Of a DNA stretch of 57,738 nucleotides, positions 34,812 to 47,562 are shown piece by piece. Position 1 is the stretch's first letter. The number at the start of each line of letters is the position of its first letter. The notes under the pieces were generated by a model. The model saw only the letters and a list, made by a program, of their open reading frames with translations, searched no databases and was not told the origin of the DNA. Source of the DNA: Cercozoa sp. M6MM (Eukaryota > Protista > Endomyxa: Ascetosporea); assembly GCA_040357565.1 (NCBI GenBank), contig JBDODJ010000072.1, one strand, 5' to 3'. A program made the position numbers and the translations under genes.

Positions 34812-35263
34812 CTACATCCACCATTCTCGCTCTTTTCTTCGTGTAGGCAATGGTCTGCCCTCTTCGGATAGTTTTCGTCGTATTGTCAGTCGTGCTAGCG
34901 TGTTTGGCAGTCGTAGGTCTTCTGGGAGACGATACGGACGAACTTTTCTACGGTCAGTTCCTCCAGGTTTGGGCTTGCCCTGCGTGTTGCTGACACAGTG
35001 ATCTGTGCAGACACGCAGCAAGAGACCGACACGAAAAAGAGAAAAAGTTGGCGTGGTGTGTGCCTCGATTTCGCAACAGGACGTTTTCTTTTGCGCGTTT
35101 GGAGGAGATGGCGTGGCGAGCAAGCCGATACGCCAGAACTTAGCACAAGGAGGTGTCCATTCGCTCGTTTCTCCAAATGCGGCATGCCGTCCGATGAACT
35201 GCACAAACACTTGGTAATTCAAACTGACAGCAGCTGCACTTTGTTCAAATCCTGTAGTTCCAT
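34812..35263 (-). CDS. Possible small hypothetical gene
   Basis: 136-codon ORF plus a joinable upstream MELQDLNK exon. No motif recognised and the model is not unique. Confidence 0.2.
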
Positions 35264-35643
35264 GAAGTCAGTCACGGTCACCTGTTGTGAATACTGTAGG
35301 TCAAGGAAGAATTAAGGAAAGCAACGGCGATTTCGCCCTCCCCCGAACTCATTGCGAAACAAAGGAAAGTAGACTGACATAGCACGAGCGAGTGCGTGTC
35401 GCGACGCGGACCATGCGATCGGTACCTGTGCAACGTCGCGACTGACACCCATCGGCGTACTATAGAAGAGCCTCGCGTTTTTTTGTTCAGTTAGCTAATA
35501 ATCGTACAATGTAGACAGTAGGGAGATCGAGAATCAGCTGCTGTCAGTCAAAGATCGATCGAGGAGGTGGTCACCTATTTTCCTGCTTCCCAGTACAATT
35601 TTAAGGAGCTATTCTAAGCTGGGCTGGCTTGGGCTGGTGTAGA

Positions 35644-38600
35644 ATGCGCCTCTGGGCTGCGATCACGCTTATAGTCACAACAGCAGCGATTTGGTACCTT
35701 TTGCTTTTGGCAGTGTCGAGGAGGCAGGGAGGCCTGTCGCGAACTCGTGTAGTGTGCGCGCAAGCTGGGAGCAACCGCTGTCGTCAGAGTGCGTGATAAA
35801 CTGCGATGACCGACATAACACGACATTCACAGTGCAGCAGTTCCGTGCTGCCGTAACAATTGAATGTTGGTGTCTTTGTTTCGTCGATGTGCACTGTTGG
35901 TTGCGTTTTTCAGGAGGATTGCGAGAGTGTACTGAATTGGGGCACATGTGAAATTCCGCAAGATCATGCAGTCTTCAATTTGCGTATTTTTCTCACTGTG
36001 GTTCATTTGCCCCCTGTGTCAACAGTTGGTCTAAATGATAGTGAATCACGTGCCGAACTTGATTTCGGTGAGTGAGGAGCCAGTGCACGTGTTCGGTGAC
36101 TTCGACACAATCGGCGACGTTCATAGAGAGAACAAAGATAACCGCAGAACTGTCACGATGGGTGCACGGAGCGGCTACGGACACATGGTGCTACAGACAC
36201 ATACGGACCTGTCGACCTACATTGTCAACATTGTGGTACACTCCCTTTTATACCTTCTTCAGTCAGTATTATATTTTGCTGTCTCGCTGTCTCGTAGACT
36301 ACAATTGGAGATGTCGAAGTGAGAAACAAGATATACACAGTGAACATTCCTTCCTTACTCTACGGCCGGCTACTGCTCGATGTGCCTCCTGTCCATAGAC
36401 CTAGCATACCACTTAAGATAGATCTGTATGGACAGATGGATGTGATGCACTTGAGCATTGGTTCGGCAGGCACCAACTTCACGATTGGGGTAGAGTGCCC
36501 TCGCTAGAGTCTGTCCTTTCTTTCACATGATGCTTTGGTGGTAGCCAAACTTTGGCTTGGTGCGGCACCTGGCACTCAACATGAGCAGCGTCAAGTCCTT
36601 CACGCTGCACGAGCAGTCACTTTGGTACCTACACTTTCACTTTCCGATAGAGCTATCTCATAGAATTCCAATCCAGGGAAATCACGAGCACGTTCGACAT
36701 TGTACCACCGTCGGAACTATGGTCGCTGACGCTGCACCTCAACGAAGCCAACGCCAACTCGGACACGTTCATCGCGTTCATGCTGGTAAATTCAGGCTAG
36801 TACTAAATCTTGCAATATTCAATTGAAAGCGCGCAGGGCATATTGGATGAAGCGACGCCTGCCGAGGAGTTTCGTTTCACCTTCAATGTACACACCAACA
36901 GACGCATTGTTGCCTCATCTACTCCCTCCTGCTTGCACAGTTGACAATGGACACGACGCAGTGGCCGTGGCACAATACGCCCAAATTCGTCTCTGTTTTT
37001 AGTACGAAATCGACTCATACTTCGTCCTCTCCTCCCCTGAACCTTGTCCTTCCTGACATAGAGGCCTTGGCACGTTTGATCTCGCGAGTGGAAGGCCGCT
37101 TGTTTTTGGAATTCTACTCACCGTATCCGACGGTACTGGCTTTCCTTCCTTTGCTTCGTGCATAGCCTCCCCTTAGGCACGCGAAATGTCTCGAAACTGG
37201 GCGTACTTTTTGCGAGCTCACTTCTACGACCACGTAAGTATTTGTCAAGCGTATGTCTGCGAATCTAAATCTTCTCTGTACTCGTAGATAAAAGACGCGA
37301 AGGCAAAGGATCTGCAGTTGCGAATGGACGGAATGCCCGACGCTGCGTTCGACATGACACACCTCGTGCGACTGAGTTGGTGTGATCCCTTTGCACCGTC
37401 TTGTTGTTTGGGTGGTATCCTTTGTGTGCAACTGCATAGGTTAGACGTTCGACTAATGGAACATCCCAATTTGGTGGTCGATATCAGCGACACCATTAAC
37501 GACAACAACTTCTACCTCAACGCACCCAACGTATAAAGCCTCTGTTTTGCATTGATTCCTCTATTCTTTGCATGCAGTTGGAGAGTGCGCACAATGTATC
37601 GATTGCGCTCACCAGCAAGCGCGGAATGCACCAGTTCCAGAGTATGTGTTTGCTCCTCAAAATAGCCTAGTGCATGTTAATCAAGGACTCGGGACATGTC
37701 TGACCTGAGCAGATGGCACCTGGGGAGTGCATCTAGGTTGGCCACGCTTGCTTCAAGTGAGTTTGTTTATTCGCTGTTTCACCTCGACCTCTCTTGTATT
37801 TAAACGAACAGTACACGCAAGTGGTACACGGAATCGACGGTTTGTGGAACCACGCAGATGAGCGGTGCCGCTTTATGGAGCAGTACTTTTGGTACCGATA
37901 CCTTCTCACTGCATGTACAAAGCGTGTTTGCGCGAAACACGATTATTTTCTGCAGGTACAGACACGCATTATGCACGGGTTGCATTTATCTGTGCCGCGA
38001 GGAGATGTTCCAGCACCCGTACGATCTGAGTGAGCGGGCCAAGATGACATATTTTGACTTCGACACGAGTGTCGTGCTGCACGCGTTGGATGCTCGCGAC
38101 AACGGTGTCAACGTCACTGTGCAGTTCGAGCAAGTCCGTTGTACTTTCCTCGACATAAAACTAGATGAAGTATGCTCTGTGATGCGCAGGACATGCCAGT
38201 GCCACTATTGATCGATGAAATGGAAGGGGTACGCCAGGACGTTACGTTCCACCTATCCTCTGTGTATCCTTGTTTGTTGCACAGTTCGACATCCTTCGCA
38301 TGCTTCCCGACCACCTGAACCGCGACGAACGCTTTCAGGTGTTACTTTCCAACAGGTCTGTAATTTTTAATTCATGTAATTCTGTGCAGTTGTACATGGA
38401 CTGGAAGCACTTGCGAGCGTGGGCTAAGCGCACGAGTCTGCACGGCTTCAACTTCACCGACGTGCAGAACATGCAACACGTCGTCGACAAGTTCGGACAC
38501 ATGGTCCCCCACCCCGTGTTTGTGCGTGCGTGTGTGTGCGTGTGTGCGTGTGTCATTGTCATCAATGTACGTATCATAGATTCCTAATACACTCAATTTG

Positions 38601-40074
38601 ACGTTCCTCTCGCAAGGTACAGATACCCTTTTAGATTTTGTGCCCTGACCCTTGGGTATCTCATGTGCATGCAGGCATCCTGGAGCAGATCCCGGTGTTC
38701 AATCCGAACAACTATACGTGCATGCTGGACACCATTGGTACCATCGGCGACCGCGTCCTTCGTGTTGCCGTACATTGTTCTTTTTCTTGTAGAATTAAAC
38801 CTTTGCTTGAATGTAGTATTTGTCAACACATCGAATAGTACACAAAGGAGCCAGACAAAGTGAGCAACGATACACTGCGCTGCGAGTACTCACATCACGA
38901 GTTGCACCAGCTGGAGCACACGTCCACTGTCACTGTACTATAGTGCTCCCAACGTGTGTGTATCTGACAAAGATCTTTGTGTGTATGCTGATAGATTCAA
39001 GTGCAAATCAAGAATGTGTCATCTGGAGGCGACACCATCAGTGTACACCTTGACTGCTAGTGTCCTTAGTTGGTCTGGGTATCTTCTCCTGTCTGACAAG
39101 AGTAGCTCAATGGTGGAACGTTCTATGGACCATCGCTGCTGCAAGAAGGTTCGGTCGCCTCCGTGCTGTCGATTCAGCAGCATACCAGCACAAACGATAT
39201 CCTCACACTTCGAGTACGTTTTCTCTGCTGCCGGACAAACCAGAGAGGCGAATGTGTAACTTCCTCCGCACAGGTGAAACCACTTGAGATTGGACCGAAA
39301 CTACTCGGTAATTCGAGTGTCGCGTTCGGTCATCGCGACGTCTCTGTTGCAGCGTACGTTGCTCGTATTGGTTTCAGTCGTGTACTTCGACAGAGATATG
39401 CTCCATTGCTCCATATGTAGCGACATCGATCCTGCAGTGTTAAAGGCTCTAACTGCACGCGTATTCGTGCAACAGTCAGACGTAAGTTTGTATTATCCAT
39501 TGCCTGCACTTCTAGTGCATTTTCTGTGGGACTATAGGGCTTCATGTCGAAGCCATTGGTGGTGCAACCGACGGTGTGCTATCGACCCGAGTTTGACGGT
39601 CTGCACAGGGTACTTTGATTCGCTCCCTTTGTGACGCATGAGTCGAGGGCTTTTCCACAGGACATCTGCATCTACCACGTGCACGTTCCAAGACGCACAA
39701 AGTTCGTCATCGTCTCCCTACCTGACCTGTGTATGATACCAAACAACCAACTGCATAAAATCTCTCTCTGTCTTTCCCATTTTTCGTCCGTTGTCTAGTG
39801 ACACTGGTAGAGGATCCGTCAAACGCACTCCGTGTCGAGAAAATGTTGCCATTCAGTGCACCTGTGCGCGTGCCTTTGATCAACTACGTAAAGGTATCAG
39901 TGCCGGTTGCATGGGTGTGCCAGAAGAAGTCAAACCTAAGATTGCTGTCCACAGGAGCCTCCGAAGAAGAACCCTAGTGCGCCGCCTGACACCGCCGGTG
40001 TCTCCATTCCTAACTCTTTTTGCGCGACGTTGTTGTCCGCTTTCGTCCTGCTCCTCCGCGAGGTGGGTCTTTAG
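35644..40074 (+). CDS. Secreted, probably GPI-anchored surface glycoprotein of unknown family (>25 short exons)
   Basis: Signal-peptide-like MRLWAAITLIVTTAAIC|VRA. Consecutive exons join in frame by GT-AG (traced fully to ~38900 and again at the 3' end). Many N-x-S/T sequons. The last exon EPPKKNPSAPPDTAGVSIPNSFCATLLSAFVLLLREVGL* ends in a hydrophobic tail; TAG at 40072-40074. Confidence 0.7.
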
Positions 40075-40287
40075 CTGGAGGCTGCACTGGTGGTAGTGCA
40101 CTTCACTTCAGATTAATACGGTAGTTTTTCTTAACTTGCTTAAGCCTTTCCCTTTCGAGGGAGTACGGTGCCTCCACCCGTTGAGTTCGGTCGTTACTTT
40201 ACTGAACAGCTATTCTAGAACAATGAAGTTACTGTACGAAAGCATTCTTGCGGGGAACCCACAGTGAGCGAAGAATTGAAACTGAGT

Positions 40288-42774
40288 TTAATAGAGGTCG
40301 CTAGTGACGCTTGAATCGTCGTGCATGGCCTCGAGCAGCTCAATCACCGCGCTCACAGCGTCGACAGTCTGCGCGCTGAGACGAAGCCACTGCCGGTCGC
40401 CATCCTTCTCGTGGTCAGCTACACTCGAGTTAGAAGATTCCGTACTGGCAGAAACTGAGCGTAAATCCTCGATCGCACGCAATATGTGCCTCCACACATT
40501 TGCAGGCTGACCCAGCTCTGCTGCAATCGCTTCGCCTGCAGTTCAAGATTAAATTAGTTCACGGGGAGGCAGCACACAACGTGAACTGACCGAAAAAGCG
40601 AGAGCGCGTTTGGAGCATGGTTTCGCTTTCAGGTGCCACGAGCGAGCAGAAGCCGTGCAGCGCGGCCACGGCAGCACGCGCTTCGATGCCTTCGCACAGG
40701 TCACGCGCCAGACCGAAACGGCCCAGTGGCAGGTCAATCACGGTGGCGCCGCTACCCGAGAGAGCGCCGTGGAAACGACACGCTCCACCGACGTCGATCA
40801 TCACTGGCGAGTTGTCCCAGTCGGCACGCACGTTCTTTGGATTGAAGTCGCAAAAGAACCACTGCGCAAGTAAGATTCTGAGGGAAACCGAGCAATGTTA
40901 ACGCAACCGCAAGGTGACATACACCACACTGACGAAGCTGCGCGGCCAGACACACCATCCGAGTGGCCTGTTAGCAAAGTCACATACAGTGTCGCAAGTC
41001 GGAACACACTGTCAGTGGAGCTACCGCCATGTGACGTTCGTAGACGTTGTGGTCTGCAGTCATATTTCCATTCACAAACTCGGCGGATACACTGTGTTGT
41101 TACTGTACCTTTGGGTCGCAGCGGAGGGTACCACCTGGAGACACATGCAGTAATTTACTTATGCACTATAGCGCACAAGCATGCGAGTGCCTTGAATTAC
41201 CTCTGCACCAGCGCAATACGGTTGAGACTGGCCAAAGAGCAGGCGTCACGCGTCAGCGAGGCCAAAGCGATCGTGTCGACGACGCCTACGTCGAAGAGCT
41301 GCGCGATTTTTGCTCTGTCCTCGTCCGGTTGGTAAAGTGTACATATTCTGTACAGCGAAACAAACTTGCAAGTACCCATGTCCATCCAACGCTTTTCGCA
41401 CGGCCAGTTCATCGATCGTGGCAGCAATCTGAGCGAGGTAAGGTTACATTTTCTATCCCTGAGTCTTCTCACCCGGAATAGGACAGGACCGTACAGCGTG
41501 TGCGGCAAAGTGCTCCTCCGACATGTGCAATGCTGTGCATAATAGATATCTAACTAGCTAATATGAAACAAATACCCCTTCCGCCCATGTCATGGAAGAC
41601 TTCGTCGGGTCGACTTCGCGCCAAAAAGACCTGGGAATACTGGAGTCTGTTGTTCGCACAATGAACTTCAGTTGAGAAGGTTAAACTCACCTTCAGTGCA
41701 GCCACGTGTCTTTCGCCATCAGCATCAACGTAGATACCGATAAAGACGTCTGCCTCACCCCCTCGAGTCGGTGTGCGTTGCCCCAGCAGGAAGCACGGCT
41801 GCTCAACGGGGTGTGTCAACGTTCCAACGCGAATCGGCTTCAACAACGAGTTCCAGTGCGCATTGTCAACTTGGAAAATCTCGCTTTCTATCCGATCGAA
41901 GTGTCAGTTGAGAACCACAAAGCACCCAGTGCGAATGTGAAAGTACCATCCTGGTGCGATGTGACTGGAGTGGAAGAAACGTGCAGTTGACCAAAAGTCG
42001 GGTGCGATTGTGCGCGCGGAAGACTGAGTGTGGAGATACGCACGGCGTTTTGCCTAGCGACTCCAAGTTGCTGACACACGCGCATGGCAAAAGCTGCGTC
42101 GTGCGTGCCCGAGCACAGCAGCGGCACCTGCGAACACGAAGACGAACTTTCTTCGTCGTCCTGCTGACTGGTCTGCACTGGCGTAGATAGCAACAGCAGT
42201 GTCGACGTTGCACTACGGGGAGAATCGTACAAATTGGATAAATAAACGTGTACGAGTACTGATTATACGATATACGGGTATTGATGGATGCACGTAAGTA
42301 CACGTGTACACGCAAAAGTGCAACGTGGTACAAAAGGAAATGTGCTAGAAGCACCTGGTGTAGTGCGGCAATGCCACGCGCAGGAAGCGCCCTTGCAGTT
42401 TGGCCTCTGCAAGCCGTGCCACAAGATCGCGGTGATCGTGAAGACTCCTGACAGTGCTTGCATGCGAATCGCCATAGGCAAGAGAGGCGGTCAACTGGCA
42501 TGGTTGCATTGATATTGGAGCTCAGGGATCGAGTGCTTTGTGTTGCAGCTCGTGTGCTTGTGACACTCGCACTGTGTCGATGCCGAAACAGCCAGGCTTC
42601 GGTCGCTCCGACGCCGCAGTTGACTCGGCGCAGTGTCAGGATCACATGCTTCCACAGTGCCGACTGACACGCCTGTTGCAGGCCGAATGCTCGCGCCAGT
42701 CGCACGCACCATCGACGCAACAGCAACAACTCAATCGCTTGGAGTTGCGACAACTCTCTTGACTGAACGCTCAA
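40288..42774 (-). CDS. Divergent protein-kinase-like protein; 5' end uncertain (may extend to ~43300)
   Basis: Spliced order: G-loop-like TRGGEADVF, VAALK|VF, alphaC-like IDELAV, AKIAQLFDV, hinge-like LVQRWYP, catalytic loop GWFFCDFNPKN, then VMIDVGG in the DFG position. Ends SDLY*. Confidence 0.65.
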
Positions 42775-43419
42775 AGCACACGCGTCCAGACACCGGTCGC
42801 GCAGCTGCTGGGTCTAAAGTTGCCCAGTTGGAAAACCGAAATTACAGTTTGAAAGGCTTGGTTGGCGCCGTACTTCAAAACAGTCGTGTTGTTTCGACCC
42901 CAAGATCAACCACAATTCCACCGAACGAGTTCTCAACTGCGCTCACAAGTGAACAAAATCCAAGAGACCCACACACCTTAAGCCAGTGTTTGAGTCATGT
43001 TGCCTTTTGGGACGCAGCGATCCAGTCGGCAGGGATTCCTGACGACAGCGTGGCCCAAATGGCTGCCAACCGTGGTCTAGTCAAGTCAGTTAAAGCGAGC
43101 AACTTGCAAGATGCACACTTTATCGTCCGCGTGTACTGATCACAGAGCAAGAAATTCATTTTGCTCCAACAACTGCCAGCTGCCGACGATTCTTCGAGCC
43201 CCTGGCCAATTTGCTTTGACCGATGAAATCAGGTGGGCACTATTGGGCTCCGGTTGTTACGGTGTAGAAGATTAGCATAGCAGGGGATGCATCGATTGAT
43301 TTTCCGGCTCATTCCGGCTCTCGTACCGTCGACGCCGGAAAACGATCATTGTGTGTCTTCTGTGTGCCCACCTTAAGCACTGCATTGGTGTGCGGCGTCA
43401 CTTTACGTTGAGTGGATCT

Positions 43420-44410
43420 ATGGCTGACAGCGCCCGGATGTCGGAAGAGGACATCACGCTGCCGTCGGTGGCGCCAAAGCCGGAGACGCCGGGTGTTGTC
43501 ACCAGGAGCATGAGGACGCGCAGTCAGAGAAAAACCGCCAACGCGGGCAAGAACAAGGCCGAGACGACCAAGAGCGCTACTAACACCGAGGAGGCTACCA
43601 AGACAAGTTCTGAAGCAAGTGACAGTGTCGGCAGCAAGCGCACGCAGAGCAAGCCCAAGCCGGCCAGATCGGTCTTCAAGAGGTCGCGCAGCGGACAGAA
43701 CTGCAGTGGAAAAAAGTGCGTGTGGCAAAAGCTGCCTTTGGAAGCGCGAATTCGTGACTTGCAGCGACGCTGGGTGTGCTGGACACCGTACCATATCCAA
43801 TTGAGCTATACTGCCCTGTTGTGACAAGTCTGTTGTGGGTACATCGTTGTGTTTATGCCGTGCAGGCAAGTGGGTGACGTGATAGCCGGTCAAACTGACG
43901 GTTGGTACCTCTGTCGCGTCCTAGAGGTCAAAGCGGTGCCACTTTCGACCGAAACACTCTGTCCGAGGGAGTCAGGCAACGACTCGCTGATTGAGAAGGA
44001 CATGGCGGCCGCTGCATCGCAGCAGTTCTTTCTCCGCGTGGATTGGCTCGGTATCTCCGCTTCTCCTTTATTCGTTTTCTTTCTCGTTTCCTCTCACTCT
44101 GTACTGTACTATGTTTCTACTTGATTTGTTACAGGTTTCAACACGCGTCCCACCTGGGTATCCAAGGAAAAGGCGAGCATCTTGCCGCCTGTGCTGCCGC
44201 TGCTTCAGCTGCGCGATCAAGTCCTTGCTGCCCTGGAGGCCTACGAGAATGCATCCCAGTCGTAATTTGGATTTAGCTATTTTAGTATGCTTTGATTGCG
44301 CATTGTTATTGTGGTGTTGCTGCAGCAAGAACAAGGAAGAGCGCAAGAAGCTCGCGTCTAGCCTCAGGAGAGCGCGCAACCTGTGCAAGACTGAGCTCAG
44401 GTAGACTATC

Positions 44411-44483
<73 letters not shown>

Positions 44484-46592
44484 ACACACACACACACACA
44501 CACATACACAGTGATAAGTTTGTCGTACTATCGTGTGCAGTTCGCTGTTGACTGAGGAGGAACAACGGGTGTGTCTGGGCGCTCCAAGGCCTTTCGCAGT
44601 CGTCGAATTGTTTGAAACGGTGCCTCTAATCATCGCCAATCGCTGCTCTTTGTTTAACTCCCTGTCCTTTTGAGTAGCCATGTCTAGAATCCAACATTGA
44701 CGTAGCACGCAGCACCGAGGGTTACTCTGCCGGCCTTTCTTGGTGTGTTTTCTAATTTGCTTTACTGTGCTGTAGGCGAGGAGGGAAGGATGGGAGGTAT
44801 TGCTGCCTGAACACTTAGGTACCCGAACACCCAATGGGACGCCTTGTTCAAGCAAGCACTCCGACTCGTCAAGCTCAAGCGAGGTGGCCTCAACGGGAAG
44901 AATCGTTCCGCTCGTCGGTCTGTGCCCAAGGCAGAGGGCACGGTACCTTAACGCTTTCATCTATATCCTTCTTCGTTATCCTTCACGTGTTATTTTTTAT
45001 CATTTTCTATGATGCTTCACTTTCTCAGGAGACACAAGAGTCTGAACAGTCTGAGATGGCGGTAAACATACTTTGCTCTCTGCCTTCCCTCCCGGATTAT
45101 TTATCTTCATAGCGAACGGCGACGCCTTCACCGAGAGAGCTGACGCCGGAAGAGCGGCAGATTGAGAAGGGGGACTTAACCGAGGCGTTTGAGTTCTGCA
45201 GCACCAAGCTTTTGCACTACAGCATGGTACCTTTTATATTTATCCCCCCCCCCCCCCACCCCCGACTACCCTAGTGAATTCTTTTGGTGGCAGGACGAGG
45301 TTCTGGATCTCTGGACGCGCAAGCGAAAGGAGGACGAAGGAATGCTCGGCAACTCGGCTGCCTGGGTTTTTGGCGACGTGCTGAACCAGTGTCCCGACTA
45401 TGCGGATGAGTGCGAGGTACGGGGGAGATGTTGAAGTCCCGCTGATGCCGGTGTATCTTCTTCTGTGTGTGTGTGCAGGAGAAAAGTCCGCCGCGAACGA
45501 TAGACTTGCCGCCGCCGCCGTTTTCTGTGGTGCAGCACGTGGGCAAGATGCTGCGCGACCTGGCTGCGCATGCTTGGCGGCATGGCTGCTCGGTGCTCAC
45601 GGCGACCGACTATGAGCTGCTGCTGCGCATCTTGCCGCACGTCGAGGAGGCCCGAAAGCAGCCGTCGCGACAGCAGGCAGACCAGTCGGCCGGCGCCAAG
45701 AGCACCGAGCGTACCGACAGCACTGACGGAAGTACCAGTGGTACCACGCGTGACACATCCAGTGTCGAGTTTGAGTACGAGGATGCCAAGGAGTCTGCTC
45801 CGTCTCCCGTACTGTTACTGTGCTGTTATGATGTTGTGTGTACTGTGCTTATATGCGTATTGTGTGATGTACAGGCCTTAACTGAGATACCCGTCGGATT
45901 CACTGAGAAGCGTCCAGTGCCGCGACACATGTCACAGCTCCTGACCTTCCGGCACCTGATGCGCCTAATCGCACTGCTGCCGCGCCTGTACCGCAAGGGC
46001 GAGTTGCGCATCTCCATCCTCGCGTCCTACGCCATTGATGCTGCGCTGTGCGATCTGATTCGGTGCCCTTTGCCTTGCCACCTGCCATGTTCCATAGGTA
46101 CATGACATGTGTAACACCAGGTTCATGGAACGCGAGCTCAATGGATGCAGCATCGAGATGCAACTCGACGCGTGCCTGCGTGTCAAGCCAGGCCAAGCTG
46201 TGACGGACTGGCTCATCAACCCGAGTCGTCGTGACGTGCGCAAGGACGGCACCTCACGCTGCCAGTCGCTCTTCCGTGCCTTGATGTTGCGCGCCTTTGG
46301 TCCCCTCCCCGGCTCCCGTGCCGTCAAGCGAACCTCGGCCGCCAAGCTGGCCCGACTTATGGACGACGCGCCAGAGTTTCGCCAGGAGAGCGCGGACAGA
46401 CTGGAGAACGCGCAAGATGACGCGAACCACGACTGGCACTCGCAACCTGCGCAGGTCGCAGGTGCCAGTGCCGACGACCAGAACAGCACCGTGCAGACCA
46501 TCGCCAGCTCGGGTGTTGACTCAGAGGCCATCAACACTGTCGGTGCCGCCGCGACTCATGACGCTGCCGCCGGTACCTCCGAGCTGGATTAA
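43420..46592 (+). CDS. MRG15/Eaf3-like chromo-barrel plus MRG-domain chromatin protein
   Basis: QVGDVIAG..GWYLCRVLEV...LRVDWL|GFNTRPTWV (chromo barrel/Tudor-knot) and HMSQLLTFRHLMRLIALLPRL (compare the MRG motif PMSQ.YG..HLLRL). Basic low-complexity N-terminus. Confidence 0.65.
44412..44510 (+). repeat. Compound (CA)n(CT)n(CA)n intronic microsatellite
   Basis: Directly visible in an MRG-gene intron. Confidence 0.95.
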
Positions 46593-46876
46593 CGACTTGA
46601 CGCGACGATTGGCACGGCACATCACGTCGCTTTTGCCGATCGGATGTTTTATTAGGCCCTCAGGCTAGTATGGTAATCTGAAACGCCCGTCACTACCACC
46701 CATGAATTCGGTCGAGTGACGGACGGAGTTTCACAATCTAAAGACTGAGAGTCTTCAGTGTTCTTAAACGTCGAGCAACTTATTTAGTTGCCTTCCCCGC
46801 CGTCGTGTTCGCACAGCAGATTTTGATTGTTCTTGGCGAGCACGCGGGCTCAGAAGCGAAGCCGCGTGCCGACTAC

Positions 46877-47337
46877 ATGACGCTGCACCAGGAGTCTGCA
46901 CACAAAAAGAGGCGTAAGAACTTGGGTTCCAGCGTAAACAGTGGAAAATCTTACAGATCTACGAACCACGCGGGCATTTGCAGCGCTGCTCGATTGGGAC
47001 ATCCGCAAGAGCCTGCGGAAACAGTTCATCATGAACCGGAGCGTTTCAATCCGACTCAGAAACTGAGCAAAGAAGAGTTACAGATTCGATGTGCTGACCG
47101 CAACCAGCCCACGTAGGCTTGGAGCACTTTGAGCAGGTAACCTTGCGGCACATCGCTGTATTACTTGTGTCGATTGTTTTCTGACAAAACAAAACCCATC
47201 ATAGCAAGAAAAAACGTGTGCAACTCGCCACTGGGCACGCTTTCCAAACTACGAATAGGCTTATTGTACCGTGTAAGAACGAACTAAACGGGGAACTTAG
47301 CGAATGGAGGCTGCGAAATCGAGAGGTCCCCTGTTGA
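46877..47337 (+). CDS. Possible small two-exon gene with a SAP-like motif
   Basis: MTLHQ..QKLSKEELQIRCADRNQPT|KKKRVQLA..VPC*, joined by one GT-AG intron. The SAP resemblance is loose. Confidence 0.2.
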
Positions 47338-47562
47338 CCAGTGTGGAGAAACTTCGAAAAACGGTCCCGTCAACAGGAACTACTTCCAATCACGCGCTCT
47401 CGACAGTTCGCGAGTTTGGACGAATCCAGCTAGTAAACTCCGCTTGAATTGAAGAAAACAGACAACTACAGGCTAAACTGAAGGAAACAGACAACTACTT
47501 AAAGCCTACAGTCTTAGATTCGTCCCCCCGCCCGGTTTCCGTAGCGTTCTAATACAAGCACT

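Noticed and set aside
47449-47498. Short direct repeat (TGAAG.AAACAGACAACTAC x2) as a target-site duplication
   Set aside because: The copies are only ~9 bp apart with no element between them; likely a local duplication near the OXA1 3' end.
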